From: an uncultured delta proteobacterium
Lineage (GTDB): Bacteria; Myxococcota; Myxococcia; Myxococcales; Myxococcaceae
NCBI GenBank assembly: GCA_963796055.1
Contig: CAWCKH010000004.1
Location: forward strand, 3,104,001-3,168,000
DNA: 64,000 bases
Reading direction: 5' to 3'
Shown here: positions 10,034 to 17,387 of the stretch, in pieces
How positions within the stretch are numbered: position 1 is the first letter of the stretch
Layout of the letters: each line of letters opens with the position of its first letter
The notes under the pieces: generated by a model
What the model saw: only the letters and a program-made list of their open reading frames with translations
Told to the model about the DNA's origin: nothing
Database searches by the model: none
Program-made: the position numbers and the translations under genes

Positions 10034-10735
10034 TCACGTGGCCGCAGGGTTTTTTGTTGCCCGGTTGTTCCCGGCTTGCCCGGTCGCAGCGCGCGCCAGG
10101 GCCCGCTCCCGTGCGGCAGCGAGAGCCAGGACCAGGAGCCCCACCGTCATCGCGCTGAACACCGCGCTGGTGGTCCAGGTCGCCATCACCCCGGCCAGCC
10201 CGAGGCCCGCGGCGAAGGCCAGCGCGTCCTGGATCCAGGGCCGTGGACGATCGCGCATCAAGAGTGCCGCGCAGCCGGCCAGTGGCAGGCCAAACGCCAC
10301 CTGTCGCTGGATGCGGGGGACGTTGGCCACCACCGTGCCCCAGTTGTGCACCACCAGCGCGGCGAAGATGACCGCTGAGCCGATGGAGAGGACCAGCACC
10401 GCGGCGGCGGCGGCGTCCTTGGTGACCCGGGCCTTCTCGTCGAACTCCTGGGTGGCCAGATCGACCAACGTCTCCAGCGCGCTGTTGAGGATCTCGGCGA
10501 AGAACACCAGCAGCACGCAGAAGATGAGCGTGACCTTCTCCGCCAGGCCGAGCGGCAGCCCGCTCCCCACCAGGCCCACCAGGATGGCGGAGACGACGTG
10601 GACCTTCATGTTCGGCTGGTGCACCACCGTGTGGACCAGACCGTTCCAGGCGTGGCGGGCCGACGCCCAGAAGCCCTCACCCCGCCGGGGCGGGTAGGGC
10701 GGCTTGCGGAGGGGGACTGGGACCGGCGCGGTCAT
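10034..10735 (-). CDS. dgkA: diacylglycerol/undecaprenol kinase family protein with extra C-terminal TM helices
   Basis: HAWNGL...QPNMKVH, AEILNSALETLVDL, AxxxKDAAAAAVLV. Confidence 0.8.
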   Translation of the reverse strand: MTAPVPVPLRKPPYPPRRGEGFWASARHAWNGLVHTVVHQPNMKVHVVSAILVGLVGSGLPLGLAEKVTLIFCVLLVFFAEILNSALETLVDLATQEFDEKARVTKDAAAAAVLVLSIGSAVIFAALVVHNWGTVVANVPRIQRQVAFGLPLAGCAALLMRDRPRPWIQDALAFAAGLGLAGVMATWTTSAVFSAMTVGLLVLALAAARERALARAATGQAGNNRATKNPAAT

Positions 10736-10834
10736 GGAGCGAGCGGCACAGAGTGAGTCCGTGGCAGGGAAGCAGTCAACGCGTCCCCTCCGGAGCGTTG
10801 AATTCCAGGCCCGCTTCTCCTAGAGGACCGCCTC

Positions 10835-11845
10835 ATGGCCACCATGAAAGTTGCGATCAACGGTTTTGGTCGGATCGGGCGCTGCATCCTCCGGGCGGCG
10901 CTGGCGCGGAAGGAGAACATCGACTTCGTCGCCATCAACGACCTCGACCCGGCAGCGACCATGGCCCACCTCTTCAAGTACGACTCGGTGCACCGCACCT
11001 GGCCGGGCGCGGTGTCGGCGACCGACAAATCGATGACCGTGGACGGGAAGACCATCGCCTTCACCGCCGAGAAGGATCCGACCAAGCTGCCCTGGAAGGC
11101 GATGGGCGTCGATCTCGTCCTGGAGTGCACCGGCCGGTTCGCCGACCGTGAGGGCGCCAGCCACCACCTGGCCGCGGGGGCGAAGAAGGTGATCATCTCT
11201 GCGCCGGCGAAAGGGCCGGACGTGACCCTGGCGTTCGGCGTGAACTCCGAGGCGTACGATCCGGCCAAGCACCAGATCCTCTCCGCCGCATCCTGCACCA
11301 CCAACTGCCTCGCTCCGACGGCGAAGGTCCTGCTCGACACCTTCGGCATCGAGAAGGGCCTGATGACCACTGTGCACAGCTACACCAACGACCAGCGCAT
11401 CCTGGACCTGACCCACAAGGATCTCCGGCGGGCCCGGGCGGCAGCGCTGTCGATGATTCCCACCAGCACCGGGGCGGCGAAGGCGATCGGCGACGTGCTC
11501 CCGGCGCTCAAGGGCAAGATGCACGGGGTGAGCGTCCGCGTGCCGACCCCGAACGTGAGCCTGGTGGACCTGACGGTCGTGCTGGGCAAGAAGGTCACCG
11601 CGGAGGAGATCAACGCCGCGTACCGGAAGGCGGCCGAGGGCGCGCTGAAGGGCGTGCTGGAGTACAGCGAGGCCCAGACGGTCTCGGTGGACTACAACGG
11701 CAACGCGCACTCGGCGATCCTCGACGCGACCAACACCTTCGTGGTCGACGGCAACCTGGCCAAGGTGATGGCCTGGTACGACAACGAGTGGGGCTTCAGC
11801 AACCGCATGGTGGACCTGACCAGGCTCGTGATCGCCAAGGGCTAG
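10835..11845 (+). CDS. gap: type I glyceraldehyde-3-phosphate dehydrogenase
   Basis: INGFGRIGR, ASCTTNCLAP, WYDNEWGFS. Confidence 0.98.
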   Translation: MATMKVAINGFGRIGRCILRAALARKENIDFVAINDLDPAATMAHLFKYDSVHRTWPGAVSATDKSMTVDGKTIAFTAEKDPTKLPWKAMGVDLVLECTGRFADREGASHHLAAGAKKVIISAPAKGPDVTLAFGVNSEAYDPAKHQILSAASCTTNCLAPTAKVLLDTFGIEKGLMTTVHSYTNDQRILDLTHKDLRRARAAALSMIPTSTGAAKAIGDVLPALKGKMHGVSVRVPTPNVSLVDLTVVLGKKVTAEEINAAYRKAAEGALKGVLEYSEAQTVSVDYNGNAHSAILDATNTFVVDGNLAKVMAWYDNEWGFSNRMVDLTRLVIAKG

Positions 11846-11862
11846 CGCCAGGGGAGGAGCCC

Positions 11863-13053
11863 ATGTCCTTCCGCTCCATCGACGATCTGCAGCTGACCGG
11901 GAAGCGGGTCTTCGTCCGGGTGGACTTCAACGTCCCGCTCGACGAGCAGCAGAAGGTGACCGACGACACCCGCATCCGCGAGGCGGTGCCCACCTTGAAG
12001 CGGGTGTTGCAGATGGGCGGCAAGCTCATCGTGGCCTCGCACCTGGGGCGGCCGAAGGGGGTGGACCCCAAGCTGTCGCTCGAGCCGGCGGCGCGCGTGC
12101 TGTCGGACCTGCTCGGAAAGCCATACGAGGTCCTGCTCGCCGACGATTGCGTGGGCGACGGCGTACGGAAGATGGTGAAGGACCAGACGCCGACCCAGGT
12201 GGTGGTCCTGGAGAACCTGCGCTTCCACAAGGAGGAGGAGGCGAACGATCCGGCCTTCGCCCGGGCGCTGGCGGAGAACGCCGACGTGTGGGTGATGGAC
12301 GCGTTCGGCACCGCGCACCGGGCCCATGCCTCGACCGCCGGGATGGCCGCGTTCGTGAAGGAGCGGGCCGCCGGGTATTTGATGGTGAAGGAGCTCGAGT
12401 TCCTGGGAAGGCTGCTCAGGTCGCCGTCGATGCCCTACGTGGCGGTGCTCGGCGGAGCGAAGGTCTCGGACAAGATCAAGGTCATCGAGAATCTGCTGCC
12501 CCGGGTGAGCTCGCTCCTGGTCGGCGGGGCGATGGCGTACACCTTCCTCAAGGCGCAGGGCATCGAGGTGGGGAAGAGCCGGGTCGAGGCGGACAAGCTG
12601 GACGTGGCCCGGCGGGCGCTCGAGGCGGCGGACCGGCTGGGGAAGCCCCTGGTGCTGCCGATCGATCACATCGCCAGCACCGATGCGACCGGGAAGACGC
12701 CGATCCGCGAGGTGAAGGAGCGGGCGTTGCCGCCGGAGCTGATGGGGCTGGACATCGGGCCGCGGACCCGGTCGCTTTTTGCCGAGCACCTGCGCCCTGC
12801 ACACACCGTGCTCTGGAACGGGCCGATGGGGATGTTCGAGCTGCCGGCGTTCGCCGCCGGGACGCGGGCGGTGGCCGAGACGATCGCCGGGCTGCCCCAC
12901 GCGACCACCGTGGTGGGTGGCGGGGACAGCGCCGCGGCGGTGCAGGAGTTCGGGCTGGCGAAGAAGATGTCGCACGTGTCGACGGGTGGTGGCGCCTCGC
13001 TCGAATTTCTCGAGGGGAAGGAGCTGCCCGGAGTGAAGGCGCTCGAGTCCTGA
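11863..13053 (+). CDS. pgk: phosphoglycerate kinase
   Basis: [54 protein letters not shown] before ATG 11863. Confidence 0.98.
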   Translation: MSFRSIDDLQLTGKRVFVRVDFNVPLDEQQKVTDDTRIREAVPTLKRVLQMGGKLIVASHLGRPKGVDPKLSLEPAARVLSDLLGKPYEVLLADDCVGDGVRKMVKDQTPTQVVVLENLRFHKEEEANDPAFARALAENADVWVMDAFGTAHRAHASTAGMAAFVKERAAGYLMVKELEFLGRLLRSPSMPYVAVLGGAKVSDKIKVIENLLPRVSSLLVGGAMAYTFLKAQGIEVGKSRVEADKLDVARRALEAADRLGKPLVLPIDHIASTDATGKTPIREVKERALPPELMGLDIGPRTRSLFAEHLRPAHTVLWNGPMGMFELPAFAAGTRAVAETIAGLPHATTVVGGGDSAAAVQEFGLAKKMSHVSTGGGASLEFLEGKELPGVKALES

Positions 13054-13066
13054 GCGGGGAGGGCGG

Positions 13067-13831
13067 ATGACCTCGCCACGCCGCCGGCCGCTGGTGGCCG
13101 GCAACTGGAAGATGCACCGGACGGGACCGGAGGCGGTGGAGCTGATCCAGCAGCTCCGCGATGGCCTTCCGCGCGTGCGCGCGGAGGTGATGGTCGCCCC
13201 CCCGTTCACCGCGCTGGAGGCCGCATCGCGGGCGCTCGAGGGGAGCGGAATCGCGCTCGGCGCCCAGAACGTGCACTGGGAGCCGCAGGGCGCGTTCACC
13301 GGGGAGATCTCGGTGGGGATGCTGAAGGCGCTGGGGGTGACCCACGTCATCGTCGGCCACTCCGAGCGGCGGCAGCTCTTCTGCGAGACGGACGCCTGGG
13401 TGAGCAAGAAGGCGCGGGCGGTGCTGCACGCGGGGATGCGCCCGGTGGTGTGCATCGGCGAGACCCTGGCCGACCGCGACGGCGGGAAGACGCTCGAGGT
13501 GTGCACCCACCAGCTGACCGGAAGCCTGGCCGGGGTGGCGGTCGAGGAGATGTCGCACCTGGCGCTGGCCTACGAGCCGGTCTGGGCCATCGGGACGGGG
13601 CGGAACGCGACGCCCGCGCAGGCGCAGGAGGTCCACGCGCACCTCCGCGAGATGCTGGTCCGGCTGTTCGGCCGCCCGGTGGGGGAGATGGTGCGGATCC
13701 TCTACGGCGGGTCGGTGAAGGCGGACAACGCCGCGGAGCTGCTCGGGCAGGCGGACGTGGACGGCGCGCTGGTGGGTGGGGCGAGCCTCAAGGCCCAGGA
13801 ATTCCTGGCGATCGTGGCAGCGGCGGGTTAG
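13067..13831 (+). CDS. tpiA: triose-phosphate isomerase
   Basis: [36 protein letters not shown]. Confidence 0.98.
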   Translation: MTSPRRRPLVAGNWKMHRTGPEAVELIQQLRDGLPRVRAEVMVAPPFTALEAASRALEGSGIALGAQNVHWEPQGAFTGEISVGMLKALGVTHVIVGHSERRQLFCETDAWVSKKARAVLHAGMRPVVCIGETLADRDGGKTLEVCTHQLTGSLAGVAVEEMSHLALAYEPVWAIGTGRNATPAQAQEVHAHLREMLVRLFGRPVGEMVRILYGGSVKADNAAELLGQADVDGALVGGASLKAQEFLAIVAAAG

Positions 13832-13846
13832 GTTTCGCGCCCCCTC

Positions 13847-14242
13847 ATGGTCGTCTTCTTCACCATCGTCCACGTCCTGCTGTGCGTCTTCATGATCTTC
13901 GTGATCCTCCTCCAGCCGGGGAAGGACGCCGGGATGGGTGCGGCGCTCGGCGGCGGTGCAGCGACCTCGGCGTTCGGCGGCCGCGGGGCGGTGACCTTCC
14001 TGAGCAAGCTGACCGCGGTGTGCGCGGGGCTGTTCTTCCTGACGTCGCTGGGGCTGTCGTTGGTGGGCGTGCGGGCTTCGGTGGCGACCAGCGTGACGTC
14101 GAAGGCGGCGGCGAAGCCGGCCCCGGCGACTCCTGCCCCGGGGAGCTCGGCGGCTCCGGACGTGGCGCCGAAGGCGAGCGACGCCGAGACTGCCCCGGCG
14201 ACCCCGGCGGCCGCTCCCACTCCCGCTCCCGCGCAGAAGTAG
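13847..14242 (+). CDS. secG: preprotein translocase subunit SecG
   Basis: Two TM helices around LLQPGKDAGMGAALGGG; tpiA-secG-tRNA-Leu synteny. Confidence 0.93.
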   Translation: MVVFFTIVHVLLCVFMIFVILLQPGKDAGMGAALGGGAATSAFGGRGAVTFLSKLTAVCAGLFFLTSLGLSLVGVRASVATSVTSKAAAKPAPATPAPGSSAAPDVAPKASDAETAPATPAAAPTPAPAQK

Positions 14243-14260
14243 GGAGCCAGTTCCCGGGCC

Positions 14261-14947
14261 GTGCACGACGGCCTGCTCGTCGTCCTCTGGTCAGCGGTGT
14301 TCGCCGGGGGTCTCGGCGCCTGTCTATGGCTCTCGGATCGCGGGCTGCCGCGGACGTACGTGCGCGACGTGCTGCACGTCGGGGCCGGGGCGTGGCCCCT
14401 CGGGTGGAAGGCCTGGCACTCGCCGTGGGCGCCGGTGCTGGTGGCGCTGACGGGATTCGGGCTGCTGCTCGTGGTGCCGCTGCTCGGGCGACAGATCGCG
14501 GCGGCACGGGCGCTCGAGCGGGCGGTCTCCGGCGAGGACGAGGCCTGGTCGGGACTGGTCCTGTACGGGCTCTCGGCCGCGGGGCTCACCGCGGTGGCGT
14601 TCTTTTTCAACGCGCCGTTCCCCGCCGCGGCCGGGCTGCTCGCGCTCGCGCTCGGCGACGGAATCGGCGGTCTGGTGGGCCGGCTGTGGGGGAAGCACCG
14701 TTACCGGGTGCCGTGGGCGAAGCTGAAGAGCGTCGAGGGTTCGGTGGCGGTGGCGATGCTCGCAGCGCTCGGGACGGGGATGGCGGGGCTGCTGTTCGAG
14801 GTGCCGCTGAGCGCGAGCCGGGTTCTCGCGGCCAGTCTGGCGGCGGCGGTCGCGGAGGCGGTGGCGCCCCGGGCGACGGACAACCTCCTGGTCCCGCTCG
14901 CGGTGTGGCTGGTCATGGGGGGACTGGAAAGCGCCGGGGCTCCCTGA
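14261..14947 (+). CDS. phytol/dolichol kinase-like (CTP transferase family) membrane protein
   Basis: RDVLHVG, ALGDGIGGLVGRLWG, KSVEGS, AEA...DNLLVP. Confidence 0.8.
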   Translation: MHDGLLVVLWSAVFAGGLGACLWLSDRGLPRTYVRDVLHVGAGAWPLGWKAWHSPWAPVLVALTGFGLLLVVPLLGRQIAAARALERAVSGEDEAWSGLVLYGLSAAGLTAVAFFFNAPFPAAAGLLALALGDGIGGLVGRLWGKHRYRVPWAKLKSVEGSVAVAMLAALGTGMAGLLFEVPLSASRVLAASLAAAVAEAVAPRATDNLLVPLAVWLVMGGLESAGAP

Positions 14948-14969
14948 TACGTAGACCGTCCTCTTTCAA

Positions 14970-15051
14970 GCCCAGGTGGTGGAACTGGTAGACACACCAT
15001 CTTGAGGGGGTGGCGCCGAAAGGTGTGCGGGTTCGAATCCCGCCCTGGGCA
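14970..15051 (+). tRNA. tRNA-Leu(GAG), canonical class II; CCA not encoded
   Basis: GCCCAGG/CCTGGGC acceptor stem, CCATC-TTGAGGG-GGTGG anticodon arm, long variable arm, GCGGG-TTCGAAT-CCCGC T arm. Confidence 0.96.
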
Positions 15052-15054
15052 CTC

Positions 15055-15240
15055 TCAGTCCCTCGGAACTGCAGAGCAAATCTCGGAGCCGGTGGTCGAT
15101 TGACCCCTCGTTGACCCTGACTCCGAGCCCTCCGCGGTCCAGTGCTGATCCAGCGCCGCCACTGCCTCTCGCCGGCTGTCCGGAGACAGGTGCGAGTAGC
15201 GCGTCGTCATCTCGATGGTCGCGTGCCCGAGCAGCTCCTG
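15055..15240 (-). pseudogene. tyrosine integrase C-terminal remnant
   Basis: QELLGHATIEMTTRYSHL (box II His and catalytic Tyr), pointing toward tRNA-Leu; no N-terminal part. Confidence 0.8.
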
Positions 15241-15297
15241 TGGCTTAGGCATCGAACTCGCGGCCGCTACCATCCCTTCCTCTCCTCGTGGACCGTC

Positions 15298-15589
15298 ATG
15301 CTCTTCGCCGTGCTCTTCACCGACAAGACAGATCGTGCCGAACTCAGAGCCGAGCATTCTCGATGCGCACATTCGGTGGATAGCCGAGCACCAGGACCTC
15401 ATTCTCGTGGCTGGTTCGCTTCGTGCCGAGCCACAGGAAGTGCCCAAGGGAGGGCTTTGGATCGTCGAGGCAGAGTCAAAGGCTGCAGTGATGGAATTGA
15501 TGAAATCGAACCCGTTCTTCACCTGCGGCCTGCGCCAAAGCTTTGAAGTTCTGCACTGGAGCAAGCGCTTCAGGACCGAAAGGCTCTAG
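15298..15589 (+). pseudogene. YciI family protein with one +1 frameshift
   Basis: MLFAVLFTDKTDRAELRAEH continues as LDAHIRWIAEH..VAGSL..GGLWIVEAES..NPFF if one T of CATT (15355-15358) is removed, giving 96 aa. Confidence 0.75.
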
Positions 15590-15859
15590 TCTGATGCCGG
15601 GCTCGAGGAGCTTGCCGTGGAGCGAACGGACCCAACCTCCGAACAGCGCGGTGTTCAGGTCGTAGAGGCGCGCCCGACTGCCTTGCCTCTGGCTCGACGT
15701 GCTCCGGACCAACGCCGGTGCGCGCCGGTTCTACCATCTCCACGGGTTTCAGGTCCGGGCGGAGCTGCCGTTCTCCACGGATATCGCCTATCCGGGATTG
15801 CTGGTGATGGTCCGATAGCATCCGGGCAGGGGACGGGTGAGCTGAAGAGGAACCTCACT

Positions 15860-16012
15860 CGGCTCTCCGCTGACGCCGAGAGACGCATCGCCTCGCTGGT
15901 GCTGGGCAACCTGAACGAGGATGGCTACCTCAAGCTGCCTGACGTCGAGGGCGACTCGCTCATCCGTCGGGCCAGCAAGGCGGACGTGCCCATGCTGGTG
16001 GCCGAGCGGACC
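15860..16012 (+). pseudogene. rpoN: internal fragment of RNA polymerase sigma54 (core-binding region)
   Basis: DAERRIASLVLGNLNEDGYLKLPDVEGDSLIR...ADVPMLVAERT resembles the IGNLDDDGYL region of myxobacterial RpoN; only ~50 codons. Confidence 0.65.
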
Positions 16013-16093
16013 ACCATGGTTTCGACAACGACAATCACGCCTCGCTACGACAAGGCCGCGGCCCAGCTGGCGTGGCGGCACTTGGTTTCCTGG
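16012..16093 (+). pseudogene. dienelactone hydrolase C-terminal fragment
   Basis: HHGFDND(+1)ITPRYDKAAAQLAW matches the HGFxNDxTPRYDxAAAxLAW end of this family. Confidence 0.6.
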
Positions 16094-16155
16094 GCATTTC
16101 GCCACAGGGGCGGCCATTCCCCAGCGATTCTCATCGCCGAGCTCCCCACCCCGTC

Positions 16156-16184
16156 TTGACTCCACGTGGTGACGGGCGTACCTA
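16156..16184 (+). promoter_or_regulatory. possible sigma70-type promoter for leader plus tRNA array
   Basis: TTGACT-17 bp-TACCTA; good -35, weak -10. Confidence 0.3.
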
Positions 16185-16218
16185 CCTCACCGCAATCGAA
16201 GTCGGAGCAGCGCAGACG

Positions 16219-16389
16219 ATGAACACTCGAACCCAAGTGCTGGCAGTCGCCGCGGTGGTCAATGCCCACCGGCGGATCGGCTCGCGCTCGTGCGGGTGGG
16301 TGTCGTCCGCCGTGCCCTCGATCGAACTCGCACTGGCGATGAGCCAGCGCGGAGGCGATCGCGGCACACCCGACTTCATGCGTCGCTGA
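16219..16389 (+). CDS. putative leader peptide (56 aa) of the tRNA-array attenuator
   Basis: ATG preceded by GGAG; MNTRTQVLAVAAVVNAHRRIGSRSCGWVSSAVPSIELALAMSQRGGDRGTPDFMRR*; stop lies 24 nt before the terminator stem. Confidence 0.55.
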   Translation: MNTRTQVLAVAAVVNAHRRIGSRSCGWVSSAVPSIELALAMSQRGGDRGTPDFMRR

Positions 16390-16413
16390 TCCGGAACATC
16401 GGATCGGGGCTCA

Positions 16414-16454
16414 GGAGGCCGGGTGACCATCAGGGGTCCCCGGCCTTTTTCTTT
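16414..16454 (+). terminator. intrinsic terminator (attenuator 3:4 hairpin) directly upstream of the tRNA array
   Basis: GGAGGCCGGG(T)GACC-ATCAGG-GGTC-CCCGGCCTTT stem with a TTTTTCTTT tract (16446-16454). Confidence 0.85.
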
Positions 16455-16473
16455 CCTGGACACCCCACCGAAT

Positions 16474-16541
16474 AGGCCGCGCGCTGGGCGCAGGTGGGTC
16501 TCCAAAGCCTGCCGACGAGGGTTCGATTCCTTCACGGCCTG
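16474..16541 (+). tRNA. tRNA-Trp(CCA), atypical (short D arm, weak anticodon stem)
   Basis: AGGCCGC/ACGGCCT acceptor (1 mismatch), loop CTCCAAA, GAGGG-TTCGATT-CCTTC T arm, G73. Confidence 0.7.
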
Positions 16542-16582
16542 CACGCCCCCGTCCCTGCAGGGGCTCTGAAGCCTGACGGCGC

Positions 16583-16594
16583 TGTTCTGTGACA
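16583..16594 (+). promoter_or_regulatory. boxA-like antitermination element
   Basis: TGTTCTGTGACA resembles rrn boxA (TGCTCTTTAACA / TGTTCTTTGAAA); preceded by a GCCCC...GGGGC hairpin at ~16545-16564. Confidence 0.4.
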
Positions 16595-16660
16595 TCGAAC
16601 AATAGAAGCGACATTCGGGCTACCCGTCTGCCCTGGCTTGCTCCCCTCCATCCGCTCTGA

Positions 16661-16732
16661 TGGGGCGTCGTCTAGTCGGCAGGACCCTGGGCTCTGACCC
16701 CAGCGAGGGAGGTTCGACTCCTCCCGCCCCAG
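16661..16732 (+). tRNA. tRNA-Gln(CUG)
   Basis: TGGGGCG/CGCCCCA, CTGGG-CTCTGAC-CCCAG, GGAGG-TTCGACT-CCTCC; U1-A72 and G73 Gln identity. Confidence 0.92.
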
Positions 16733-16751
16733 CAATCTGAAGCAAAGTGAA

Positions 16752-16824
16752 GGCGCCGTCGGCCAGTGGTCAGGCCACCAGACTCTCGATCTGGGAACGG
16801 AGGGTTCGATTCCCCCCGGCGCTG
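16752..16824 (+). tRNA. tRNA-Glu(CUC)
   Basis: GGCGCCG/CGGCGCT, GGCC D stem, CCAGA-CTCTCGA-TCTGG, GAGGG-TTCGATT-CCCCC. Confidence 0.9.
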
Positions 16825-16829
16825 CTCAT

Positions 16830-16913
16830 GGCGGCCGACAATCAATGGCCGATCAGCGGGTTGTGACCCCGTGGGGCGAGAGCCCCGAAGGAGTTCGATT
16901 CTCCTCGACCGCC
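16830..16913 (+). tRNA. tRNA-His(GUG) with G-1:C73 and an abnormal long variable arm
   Basis: G-GCGGCCG/CGACCGC-C, GCGGG-TTGTGAC-CCCGT, extra arm GGGGC-GAGA-GCCCC, AGGAG-TTCGATT-CTCCT. Confidence 0.8.
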
Positions 16914-16918
16914 CTGAT

Positions 16919-16990
16919 GCCTCGTTGTCCCTCTGGTGAAGGTCTCCGGCTGTCTACCGGACGAGACGGGTTCGATTCCCGTACGGGGCG
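16919..16990 (+). tRNA. tRNA-Asp(GUC), U37
   Basis: GCCTCGT/ACGGGGC, TCCGG-CTGTCTA-CCGGA, ACGGG-TTCGATT-CCCGT, G73. Confidence 0.88.
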
Positions 16991-16992
16991 CT

Positions 16993-17064
16993 GGGCCGTG
17001 TGTCACTGGGGTGCAGCTCGGTCTCGCACACCGAGCGTGCCGGGTTCGATTCCCGGGCGGTCCA
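16993..17064 (+). tRNA. tRNA-Ala(CGC)
   Basis: GGGCCGT/GCGGTCC with G3:U70, CTCGGT-CTCGCAC-ACCGAG, CCGGG-TTCGATT-CCCGG, A73. Confidence 0.88.
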
Positions 17065-17083
17065 CACGTCGTTCTACGTTGCT

Positions 17084-17152
17084 GCCCCGTCCAGCGGATC
17101 TGGACCCCGCTCTCCGAAGGCGAGCGAGACCGTTCGACTCGGTCACGGGGTA
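17084..17152 (+). tRNA. tRNA-Arg(CCG), minimal D arm
   Basis: GCCCCGT/ACGGGGT, CCAG-CGGAT-CTGG, loop CTCCGAA, GACCG-TTCGACT-CGGTC. Confidence 0.8.
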
Positions 17153-17158
17153 CTGCCG

Positions 17159-17227
17159 GCCCCCATCGGTGGAACCGGACTCGCGGCTACGAACCGTGAT
17201 GAGAGCGTTCGATTCGTTCTGGGGGTG
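17159..17227 (+). tRNA. tRNA-Arg(ACG), minimal D arm
   Basis: GCCCCCA/TGGGGGT, CGGT-GGA-ACCG, TCGCGG-CTACGAA-CCGTGA, GAGCG-TTCGATT-CGTTC. Confidence 0.82.
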
Positions 17228-17232
17228 CTTCG

Positions 17233-17304
17233 CGTGGCGTCGCCAGGTGGGAAGGCAGCGGTCTCATGAACCGCCGATCGCAGGTTCGACTCCTGCCGCC
17301 ACGA
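17233..17304 (+). tRNA. tRNA-Met/Ile2(CAU), elongator type
   Basis: CGTGGCG/CGCCACG fully paired, GCGGT-CTCATGA-ACCGC, GCAGG-TTCGACT-CCTGC; lacks the initiator C1:A72 mismatch and GGG/CCC. Confidence 0.88.
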
Positions 17305-17307
17305 TAT

Positions 17308-17380
17308 GCCGGACAGTTCACCTGAAGGTGATGCCGCTCTCACACGGCGGAGGCGCAGGGTTTGATTCCCTGGTCCGGTA
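17308..17380 (+). tRNA. tRNA-Val(CAC), atypical D arm and T loop
   Basis: GCCGGAC/GTCCGGT, TCACC-TGAA-GGTGA, CCGCT-CTCACAC-GGCGG, CAGGG-TTTGATT-CCCTG, A73. Confidence 0.78.
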
Positions 17381-17387
17381 CATCAGA

